Assembly: GCA_044868005.1 (NCBI GenBank) | Contig: JBIOVX010000237.1 | Span: forward strand, 3,852 to 67,851 | Direction of reading: 5' to 3' | Length of the DNA stretch: 64,000 nucleotides | Source: Thermoanaerobaculia bacterium | Lineage (GTDB): Bacteria; Acidobacteriota; Thermoanaerobaculia; Multivoradales; UBA5704 | Part shown: positions 8,026-15,493 of the stretch, piece by piece | How positions within the stretch are numbered: the stretch's first letter is position 1 | Layout of the letters: each line of letters begins with the position of its first letter | Program-made: the position numbers and the translations under genes | Notes under the pieces: generated by a model | The model's database searches: none | The model's input: only the letters and a program-made list of their open reading frames with translations | What the model was told of the DNA's origin: nothing

Positions 8026-8679
8026 TTAGCTATTGTCTCTTGATCGATCAAAAATATCCTCAGCGCTATTACTTGCCTTCAACGTCTTTTGCATACTCCT
8101 GCGGACGATGAAGGCTATGACAATTGGGATAACATAACTCCAGGCTAGAACGAAGTATGCAATCTCCAATTGGCCAGAAGCCCAGAGGAAAGTAGATAAG
8201 AGAGCGGTACCAGAGATCTGAAAGCCGTAAAAGAAAACACGGATCGTTCGAGTTAGCTTGATAGCCAAGTGCTCGCGATACCGAGCTTTCGGATCCTTCT
8301 GACGGAGATTGCTAGCAGTGAAATCTAGCAACGCAAGACTCACATCTTGGCCACCATCTGTATTGCCGTTTATGAAATCTGCGATTTCGATTCTTCTTGT
8401 GCGAAACCGTTGTGCCGCGCGGGCATACCAGGCGTCAAGATAAAGGAAGACAAGAGGTATCAGGCTGCTGGCGGATATGAGCCGTACATCACTCTCAGCC
8501 ACTTCACTGACTCCGAGGCCAACCCCGAGCGTAAGTGTCCACAGAGCCACGGAAAATTGCCTGAGGTGATATTGAACTCCTTCAAGGTGCACGATTCTTT
8601 GCTCAAGTAGCGGTAGCTCAAGCTTGATGATCTCTAGCTGTCTATCTGTGAGTTCTGAGAGATGGTCGCCCTTAGTCAT
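8026..8679 (-). CDS. Small four-helix membrane protein, unknown family (island gene 2, candidate effector)
   Basis: ORF 8026..8679 (-) in the lowest-GC part of the window. A ~40-aa N-terminal amphipathic helix (LSELTDRQLEIIKLELPLLEQRIVHLEG) is followed by hydrophobic helices at aa ~42-58, 67-86, 146-167 and 172-192. They are arranged 2+2 around a ~60-aa charged loop. No signal peptide and no catalytic motif. Confidence 0.75.
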   Translation of the reverse strand: MTKGDHLSELTDRQLEIIKLELPLLEQRIVHLEGVQYHLRQFSVALWTLTLGVGLGVSEVAESDVRLISASSLIPLVFLYLDAWYARAAQRFRTRRIEIADFINGNTDGGQDVSLALLDFTASNLRQKDPKARYREHLAIKLTRTIRVFFYGFQISGTALLSTFLWASGQLEIAYFVLAWSYVIPIVIAFIVRRSMQKTLKASNSAEDIFDRSRDNS

Positions 8680-8882
8680 GGATGAGTTTTACTCCCAAGA
8701 TCGGCTATTCCGAAGTGGGCCTCCGCAGGCGTTACGAAGTCCTCGACCCGGTTGCTGAGAGACGCTGCCAAGCCCGAATCACTCACTCCTGGAAACCTTC
8801 GAGAAGAGTTCCGTTTGTGCAGATGAATCACAGCTGCTCCTCTGGTCCAGCCAACTGCCGTGAGGATAATCCTCGCCCGCCA

Positions 8883-11522
8883 TTATCGGGCGCCTTCCGG
8901 CTGGCGCTCAATATCGACCAGGATAGTGTCTAGATCGACGTGATCCGTCGGGCTTTGCCTAAAACGTAGCTCCCAGGTGGCATCATGCTCGCGTTCGTGC
9001 TTTAGGACATCGCGCAACTCCTCGGGAAGGTTTTCGGCGCGTACCTCTCCATAGCGGATGTTTCGAAACGCTCCCGCGAGCTGTCGAATTTTACGATTCG
9101 AAGTGTCATCCTTCAGGCAGAAGAAAGCCTTCAGGACCTGCGCTGAGACCTTCTTGACGTCAGGATGCTGAAGCTGCAATTGCAAGGCGCCCTGGTAGAC
9201 CATTGAGCGCCGCTGAGCATCACCGCCGCCCTCATTAAGGTGTACCGCGTCAAGACTCAGGCGGGATTTGAAGTCCGGTTCCTTGGAATCGAGTAGTTTC
9301 TGCATTTCCTCGGGAGTGCCGGTAGACCGCAATTCGGTCGTCCCGGCGAATAGCCAGATGCAAGGGTCAAGCTTGAAGAGGTGACCTCCCCGCAGATACG
9401 AGCCGTCCTCCAGCACCGTCAGAAAAAGGTCGTAGACCGGCAAGCCTTCGACATGGGAGTTAATCTCGTCAAAAAAGACGACATGAGTTCGGTTGCGCTC
9501 TTGAGCCTGCGCGCTGGCAAGAGCGTCGAACCAGGAATTAATATTTTGCCGGCTAACGAGTTGGGTAATGTTGAAAAAAAGATGAGGCATGCCAAGAGCT
9601 GCCGCGAGCTTCGACACCAGGAAGGACTTGCCCGACCCAGGGAGGGCGATCAGCATGGCGCTGAAGGAATTCGCGCTGGGCTGGTGAAGGTAATCCTTTA
9701 GCGCCGAGAGCAGACGTGCTATCTCGCGGCGCCGCGAGTCGATAACCTCGATGTACCCGTCTAACTCGTCCATGGCCCGCCACAGCTCAAGGCTATAGCG
9801 CCGCGAGCTTGCATCTCTGGCTATGATGCCAGTCGCCTGTCGCGACGTCTCCCAAAAGTCGCGCTCCTGGGTCCAGCTCAGCGGAAGTACCTGAATGCTG
9901 GGACGGGTTCGCGATGGGAGCACGGTCGCAGTGGCCGTCCTTCGGTAGCTCCCGAAGGAAGTGTCATAGGGGAACTCCCTGTTCTCAAGGCTTCCCGGCT
10001 CTTCACCGAAGGTCTTAAGCGTTTGAATGTTGCCCTGCACGACGTCATAGGCTGCCTTTAGGGCGATCTCGAGCATCTCGGTTCTCCCCGGAGCATCGCC
10101 AACGGCAGCGCCCTTGATCGCATCGCTAACCCCAGCATCCGAAAGGATGATCTGGGAGACAAGCGCGGAGAAGAACATGCTGGCCCGCCCTGAGAGTTCC
10201 TCGCTCACTTCGTCCAAGATGGTCTTGGGCTGGTAGTAGCCAGTCCGTTCCTCTCCATTACCTTCGACGGCGAGGAGGCTTAAACCCTTGGGCATGGCGA
10301 CGACTAGTCGGGGTTGTCTCTCAAGCCCGGGATACCGATCTGAATGTGCGTCCCCGAGGAAGTCTTCGAGTCGGTCCAAGCTTTCCGCGGTGGGCTGCTC
10401 CTCACCGACGAACCACTTGTATATAGGGTGGTCGCTATCTTGGGCGCCTGGAGCAATCCCCTCGCGCTCCATTTGGGCGATGGCCATGGGCGGGAGGAAG
10501 AGCAGGCGCAGCATCCCGTACATCTCTTTTTTTGCCAGTGTATCTAGATAGGTCGGATGGAACTGCTTGCTTGAGATGAACCACTGAGTCTCCCTGTTTA
10601 TGAGGCCCACTGTATGCAACGCTTCGAGCAGAGTAAGTGTGGTTGTGCCCTTGCCGAGATCCTTGACCACGACATAGCGGAAGGGTTTTTGGCTCCCAGT
10701 GGAGTCATTCGTCGCAGGAGGGGCATGGAGTAGGTCCTCGGCGACCGTCGTGAGCGACTCTCGGATGCTCGGGAAGTGCTCTAAGCCGCCTTCGTAATCG
10801 AGGCGTAGCTTCAAGGCCTCGACATCGCGTAGGAGATGCTGCTGCCAAGTAGCGAAGGCGAGCCGTTCCGGATCGAACGGGATCTCAGGGATCTGACGCA
10901 ATAGCTCTTCGAGCCTCGTTAATTCGTAGTCGCGCCCTCCCTGGACTGGTTGGTAACGAAGCTCGAAGTCCACCCGGCGGTCGAGGACCAGCCCGCCCGG
11001 CGTCTCAGCCTGCAGGTTGTAGAGTCGATAGACGCGTGTGGTACCAACCTCCTTCCAGGGGCTGCTGGCCGCTGCCTCGGAATAGGCAGGGGCCAGGTTC
11101 TTCAGATACAAGCCATCGAGCTGTTGATAGTGAATGTGTTGAGGCTTTACACGTCTAAGAGTGAAAGGGTTGATTCCGTCTAAGTAGCGCGGATGGAACA
11201 TTTTGTAGAGTTTGGGCTCGTCATCCTCGGACCAAATACCGATCCCAAGAATCGAGAATGGAGGTGCGTTGACTCGCTCCTGAGGTGGGATCCAGATCTC
11301 TCCTCCGGACTCAGTGGGCTCCCGGAAACGATTCATCCAATAGAGAAAGCGCGCCACCCGTCCGGCGCCGCAGAAGGTCATGACGCGAGAATTGACGTTA
11401 CCCAAGGCTCGCAGGTGTGCCTTGCCCTCCATCGTGCTGAAGCTTGATCTATGCTTGGCTAGCACCCAGTTCTCGTCCACGACCCAGTCGCCGAGCACGA
11501 GGATCTCAATCGGTTTGGACAT
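8883..11522 (-). CDS. PfkB/ribokinase-like domain fused to AAA+ ATPase, unknown family (island gene 1)
   Basis: ORF 8883..11570 (-). Start trimmed to ATG 11522 (MSKPIEILVLGDW) with AAGGAG 6 nt upstream. The N-terminal ~460 aa carry PfkB-like motifs (ILVLGDWVVDENW, FCGAGRVARFL, VVVKDLGKGTTTL). The AAA+ core has Walker A LPGSGKS (nt 9624..9644), Walker B VVFFDE (nt 9465..9482), LFAGTTE and DFKSRLS. Confidence 0.8.
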   Translation of the reverse strand: MSKPIEILVLGDWVVDENWVLAKHRSSFSTMEGKAHLRALGNVNSRVMTFCGAGRVARFLYWMNRFREPTESGGEIWIPPQERVNAPPFSILGIGIWSEDDEPKLYKMFHPRYLDGINPFTLRRVKPQHIHYQQLDGLYLKNLAPAYSEAAASSPWKEVGTTRVYRLYNLQAETPGGLVLDRRVDFELRYQPVQGGRDYELTRLEELLRQIPEIPFDPERLAFATWQQHLLRDVEALKLRLDYEGGLEHFPSIRESLTTVAEDLLHAPPATNDSTGSQKPFRYVVVKDLGKGTTTLTLLEALHTVGLINRETQWFISSKQFHPTYLDTLAKKEMYGMLRLLFLPPMAIAQMEREGIAPGAQDSDHPIYKWFVGEEQPTAESLDRLEDFLGDAHSDRYPGLERQPRLVVAMPKGLSLLAVEGNGEERTGYYQPKTILDEVSEELSGRASMFFSALVSQIILSDAGVSDAIKGAAVGDAPGRTEMLEIALKAAYDVVQGNIQTLKTFGEEPGSLENREFPYDTSFGSYRRTATATVLPSRTRPSIQVLPLSWTQERDFWETSRQATGIIARDASSRRYSLELWRAMDELDGYIEVIDSRRREIARLLSALKDYLHQPSANSFSAMLIALPGSGKSFLVSKLAAALGMPHLFFNITQLVSRQNINSWFDALASAQAQERNRTHVVFFDEINSHVEGLPVYDLFLTVLEDGSYLRGGHLFKLDPCIWLFAGTTELRSTGTPEEMQKLLDSKEPDFKSRLSLDAVHLNEGGGDAQRRSMVYQGALQLQLQHPDVKKVSAQVLKAFFCLKDDTSNRKIRQLAGAFRNIRYGEVRAENLPEELRDVLKHEREHDATWELRFRQSPTDHVDLDTILVDIERQPEGAR

Positions 11523-11639
11523 GATGGACTCCTTGGGAAAGGCGGATGTCGTGGCGGAGACTGCCACCATACGACTTAGAGTAGCCTCGGGTCACTTGTG
11601 CCACCCCTACCTTTCGACAATCTTTGAAATATCGACGAT

Positions 11640-11645
11640 ATTATA
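11640..11645 (-). promoter_or_regulatory. Possible -10 box (TATAAT) for island gene 1
   Basis: Reverse-strand TATAAT at 11645..11640, ~118 nt upstream of ATG 11522. AGACTG lies 17 nt further upstream as a weak -35. Pattern only. Confidence 0.25.
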
Positions 11646-11807
11646 GCGGAGATTGGAAGCCGCAGTCTGGGGCACAAACAGGGGAACCTGAGGTCCTCTC
11701 CCGTACTCGCGGCTCTGCCGAAACACCCGGCGAGTCCATGACTTGCTCCTGTACAGGATTGCCTACTGGCCTGCGCTGGTATCATCTCCCGAAGGACATG
11801 CCACCTC

Positions 11808-13412
11808 ATGCTGCGGTTGCGCTTCGTCGTCAATGGTGAGGATCGCGTCGTTTCGCTGACGGGCAGCGGCCGGGTCCGGCTCGGCCGCGGCAGCGACAAC
11901 GACGTGGTGCTCCCCGACTCCTCCGTCTCCCGCTATCACGCCGAGATCCTCCGCGAGCCCGACGGCTGGTCGGTCCACGACCTCAAGAGCACCAACGGCG
12001 TCCAGGTCAACGGCGTGCCGGTGGAGAAAGCGCCGCTGCGCCCCGGCGACCTGCTGGGCGTCGGCTCGTTCCAGGTCCGCGTCGATGCGGACGAGCCGGT
12101 CTCCGTGCGGCCGCCGAAGCCGGCGGCGCCGGAGAAGGAGGAGGGCTTCGGCAACGCCACGATCATCCGGCCGCTCTCCGCCTTCGCGGCGGACTACGGC
12201 CTCGCCGGCGAGGCGGCGCGGCCCTCTCCGGAGGCCGGGGACGAGGAGTACGTCCGCCGCATGTTCGGCTTCCTCACCCGCCTGGCGCGCATGCTCACCC
12301 TCGCCGAGTCGGTGGACGACGTGCTGTCGCGCGTGCTCGACATGGCCTTCGAGGCCTTCCCGGTGGACCGCGGCTTCATCCTGCTCTCGGACGACTCGGG
12401 CGAGCTGGTCTGCGAGCTGGCGCGCGTCAAGAGCCGCGTGCAGTTCCGCCCCGCCGGCGAGGTGCCGGTCTCCCGCACCATGCTGCAGGCGGTGATGCGC
12501 GAGCGCGTGGCGCTCGTCACCTTCGACGCCCAGGCGGACCAGCGCCTCTCCGGCGGCGAGTCCATCCGCATGCACAAGATCCGCTCGGCGATGTGCGCTC
12601 CGCTGTGGTCGGGCGAGCGCATCATGGGCGTCATCCAGGTGGATTCACCGTTCCAGGTGGGAGCGTTCGGCGAGCGCGATCTCGACGTGCTCACGACGCT
12701 CGCCAACTATGTCGCGGTGGCCGTCGAGCGCATCCGCTACGCGCGCACGGCCGAGCGCGAAAGACTGGCGCGCACGCGGCTCGAGCGCTACCACTCGCCG
12801 GGCGTCATCGAAGAGGTGATGCGCCGCGGCGACGAAGGCGTGCAGAGCCTGCAGAGCGCCGAGGCCACGGTGCTCTTCGCCGACCTCGTGGGCTTCACCG
12901 CCTTCGCCGAGAACGCGCCGCCCGAGAGCGTTGCCGAATCGCTCGACGCCTTCCTGGACCTCTCGGTGGAAGCCATCTTCCGCGCCGGCGGCACCCTCGA
13001 CAAGTTCATCGGCGACTGCGTCATGGCCTTCTTCGGCGCTCCCGTGGCGCAGCCGGACCACGCGCTGCGGGCCGTGCGCGCCGCGATCGAGATCCAGCAG
13101 GGGCTCGCCGCCTGGAACGCCCGCCGGACCGCCGAGGGCCTGCCCGGCTTCAAGGTCCGCATCGGCGTCAACAGCGGTCCGGTGGTGGTGGGGGACATCG
13201 GCAGCTCCCGCCGGGTGGACTACACCGTGCTCGGCAACACCGTCAACGTGGCGGCGCGCCTGGAAGCCCTCGTCGCCCAGCCGGACGACGTCGTGCTCGG
13301 TCCCGAGACCCACCGCCTGCTCAACGGCACGATTCAAACCGAGGCGCTCGGCGAGCTGCAACTGAAGGGACTGCAGCAGAGGATCCGGGCGTATAGGGTG
13401 GCGCGGACGTGA
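11808..13412 (+). CDS. FHA-GAF-adenylate/guanylate cyclase
   Basis: ORF 11808..13412. FHA (GRGSDNDVVLPDSSVSRYHAEI, STNGVQVNG), a central GAF and a class III cyclase domain (ATVLFADLVGFTAF, FIGDCVMAFFGAP, RIGVNSGPVVVGDIGS, YTVLGNTVNVAARLE). Confidence 0.9.
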   Translation: MLRLRFVVNGEDRVVSLTGSGRVRLGRGSDNDVVLPDSSVSRYHAEILREPDGWSVHDLKSTNGVQVNGVPVEKAPLRPGDLLGVGSFQVRVDADEPVSVRPPKPAAPEKEEGFGNATIIRPLSAFAADYGLAGEAARPSPEAGDEEYVRRMFGFLTRLARMLTLAESVDDVLSRVLDMAFEAFPVDRGFILLSDDSGELVCELARVKSRVQFRPAGEVPVSRTMLQAVMRERVALVTFDAQADQRLSGGESIRMHKIRSAMCAPLWSGERIMGVIQVDSPFQVGAFGERDLDVLTTLANYVAVAVERIRYARTAERERLARTRLERYHSPGVIEEVMRRGDEGVQSLQSAEATVLFADLVGFTAFAENAPPESVAESLDAFLDLSVEAIFRAGGTLDKFIGDCVMAFFGAPVAQPDHALRAVRAAIEIQQGLAAWNARRTAEGLPGFKVRIGVNSGPVVVGDIGSSRRVDYTVLGNTVNVAARLEALVAQPDDVVLGPETHRLLNGTIQTEALGELQLKGLQQRIRAYRVART

Positions 13413-14789
13413 TTATTGAAAATATCCGAACACGTCGACGGCGACGTGAACCGGTGAGCTCGCCGCGTTCAGGATCCCGAGCGCTCCGGAGCCGGAGGAG
13501 GCCAGCATGATCAACGCGTTGTTCGCCCGCGTCAGGCCCGCCTTGAAGTTGAGGGTGCTGGTCGAGGACGGGCTCGCGTTGCCGGGGAAGAGCTGCAGGT
13601 AGCCGCCGACGGGCGGATCGATGACCGTGAGGTTGACCGCCAGAGCTTTCGCCGTGCCGGGAATCCCGCACTGGCCCGCGGCGACGAAGATCCGCTGACC
13701 CGGGAGGACGGCCGGACCGCCGTAGGCCCCCGGTGCGTTGCGGGTATCGACCAGCCGGCACGGAGTCAGCGTGTAGTAGTCGAGCGGACCGACGCTGGTG
13801 GCAGGCGTCGGCTTCCAACCGAGCTGGATCACCTCGAAGTCGCTGGCCTTGAGGCTGGCGAAGGCGGGGTTCAGCTCGTCGTTGTTCCAGCGCGTGTCGT
13901 AGGCGCCGGTGACGTACATGTCGGTGCCGTTGTCGGCGATGATGAGCCCGTAGGTCTTCATGGCCTGGAAGATCTTCTGGATATAAGCCGGATAGCCCGC
14001 GAGGCTCTTGCTGCCTTTCAGCCGGAGCCGCGCGCCCAGAGGCGCCGCGTTCGCGTTGGACGAGGTGCTGGCGTCGTGGGAGGCGGGCCAGACGTAGCCG
14101 TTCACCGGGAACACGGTCATGCGGAACGCATGGCGGATCGGGTCCGGACCGAAGGCCTCCTCGTAGCGAATCAGGCCGGGAAGGATGGCGAGGCCGGCGG
14201 CGTCGGCGCTGGTCCAGGTCTCCGGCCGGCGCTCCAGCGAGTCGAGCTTGAAGATGGCTCCCGAGTCCGCCTCCCAGCGCTGGAGGGGGCTGTTCCAGAC
14301 GGCGCGGTACAGCTCGTAGAGGATGCGGTTGTCGCGGTCGACGATCAGCATATGGCGGTCGCCGCCCTGGTCGTCGTTTCCCGCGTAGCCGCCCTCGATC
14401 CACTTGGTCCCGGTCCGAGCTTCGATGGGAATCGGGTAGCCAATCGGCCGGCCCGCTACGCCGTCGTCGCTCTGATTCCCATACGCCGTCCAGGTGATCG
14501 GCTCCAGAGGCTGGGTGCCCGGCACCGTCGTGTAGACCATGCCGTAGATCTCGGGCGGGTCCTCGGCATCGCCGCCGAAGTCCGGGTGGAGCCCGACGTT
14601 GGCGCCGATGAAGTTGATGAAATTCGTGCTGTTGGCATCGACGGGCGCTGCGCTGACGTCGAGGTTCCACCAGTGGTCGGGAGGGTGGATCGGCGGCGGT
14701 GGAGGCAGGGCACCGCCGCGCACGATCTGGCCGCAGACGGAGGCCGGCACGAGAGCTCCGAGGACCGCCACGGCCAGCCACCGCTGCAT
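13413..14789 (-). CDS. Secreted protein of unknown function
   Basis: ORF 13413..14789 (-) with AAGGAGG upstream. Signal peptide MQRWLAVAVLGALVPASVCGQ. A large conserved-looking domain is followed by a C-terminal beta-rich ~110-aa module (PCRLVDTRN...VFGYFQ). The stop abuts the cyclase stop (convergent, no spacer). Confidence 0.7.
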   Translation of the reverse strand: MQRWLAVAVLGALVPASVCGQIVRGGALPPPPPIHPPDHWWNLDVSAAPVDANSTNFINFIGANVGLHPDFGGDAEDPPEIYGMVYTTVPGTQPLEPITWTAYGNQSDDGVAGRPIGYPIPIEARTGTKWIEGGYAGNDDQGGDRHMLIVDRDNRILYELYRAVWNSPLQRWEADSGAIFKLDSLERRPETWTSADAAGLAILPGLIRYEEAFGPDPIRHAFRMTVFPVNGYVWPASHDASTSSNANAAPLGARLRLKGSKSLAGYPAYIQKIFQAMKTYGLIIADNGTDMYVTGAYDTRWNNDELNPAFASLKASDFEVIQLGWKPTPATSVGPLDYYTLTPCRLVDTRNAPGAYGGPAVLPGQRIFVAAGQCGIPGTAKALAVNLTVIDPPVGGYLQLFPGNASPSSTSTLNFKAGLTRANNALIMLASSGSGALGILNAASSPVHVAVDVFGYFQ

Positions 14790-15026
14790 CGACTCCTCCT
14801 TTGATAGTCAAACTTCGATGAGCGGATAAGGTACCGCTGGCGGGCGGTGGATGCAAGGCCTCAACCGCCCGAGGCGATAAGAGAGCATGCTGCCAAGATG
14901 AGATGTGGTTGACGGCCCGGATCTTGCAACCTTTTTGAATCGGTTATCGCTAGCCCCGAAAATCTTTTGCCTATACTGGGTTGACTGATCGGGGTTTGCT
15001 CGAGTGACCGACTAGGAGTTTCCATC

Positions 15027-15401
15027 ATGTCCAACACCACCACCGTAGAGATCCACCCCAACGTCCTATCGACCGCCGCCGTCATCGGCGACAGCGTCGT
15101 CAACCGTATGGGGGAGAAATTCGGCAAGATCGAGGAGCTCATGCTCGACTTGGAGAAGGGGCGCGTCGCCTATGCCGTCCTCTCCTTCCGCGGCGTCCCG
15201 GAGATGAGCGAGAAGCTGTTCGCTATTCCGTTTGAGGCCCTGAAGCTCGACGCCAGCCGTGAGCACTTCACGCTCGACGTCGACCAGAACAAGCTGAAGA
15301 ACGCCCCCGGCTTCGACAAGAATCACCCCCCGCAGGCTTCGGACCGCACCTGGGGCGCCGAGGTCTACAAGTTCTACGGTATCAAGCCCTACTGGCAGTA
15401 A
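15027..15401 (+). CDS. PRC-barrel domain protein
   Basis: ORF 15027..15401 with AGGAG upstream. VIGDSVVNRMGEKFGKIEELMLDLEKGRVAYAVLSFRG is typical of PRC-barrel proteins. Confidence 0.85.
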   Translation: MSNTTTVEIHPNVLSTAAVIGDSVVNRMGEKFGKIEELMLDLEKGRVAYAVLSFRGVPEMSEKLFAIPFEALKLDASREHFTLDVDQNKLKNAPGFDKNHPPQASDRTWGAEVYKFYGIKPYWQ

Positions 15402-15426
15402 GATCGGGGCAGTATCGAGCAGGACG

Positions 15427-15458
15427 GAGGGCGGCCGTACGGCCGCCCTCTTTGTTTT
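15427..15458 (+). terminator. Rho-independent terminator
   Basis: GAGGGCGGCC-gtac-GGCCGCCCTC (15427..15450) followed by TTTGTTTT (15451..15458), 26 nt after the PRC-barrel stop. Confidence 0.75.
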
Positions 15459-15493
15459 GGGCGAGGCCGCGGCGACCGGACGATCGGGACAAA

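Noticed and set aside
8751-8773. Sigma-54-like TTGGCAGCGTCTCTCAGCA on the reverse strand upstream of island gene 2
   Set aside because: The GG and GC dinucleotides are 12 nt apart instead of the canonical 10. No enhancer-binding protein is nearby.
8682-8933. 83-aa plus-strand ORF in the spacer of the low-GC island
   Set aside because: It runs antisense into the 3' end of the ATPase gene. It has no ribosome-binding site and no recognisable features. It is probably a chance ORF in the moderate-GC spacer.
8026-11522. Whether the island pair is a known system (RADAR, Kiwa, Septu, KAP-NTPase/Tmn-like)
   Set aside because: RADAR needs the RdrB deaminase, which is absent. Kiwa pairs a 4-TM KwaA with a DUF4868 protein rather than an AAA+ protein. 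Septu and Gabija need HNH or helicase partners. Tmn/KAP NTPases carry TM helices inside the NTPase, which is not seen here. These comparisons are from memory, so a database check is still required.
11576-11899. ORFs 11576..11899 (-) and 11624..11839 (+) in the spacer right of the island
   Set aside because: They have no ribosome-binding sites, low-complexity translations, and overlap the FHA-cyclase start. The spacer is better explained as the promoter/5' UTR region of island gene 1 and the cyclase gene.
14861-15142. 93-aa reverse ORF overlapping the PRC-barrel gene start
   Set aside because: It overlaps a gene with a clear family match and a good ribosome-binding site, and has no features of its own.
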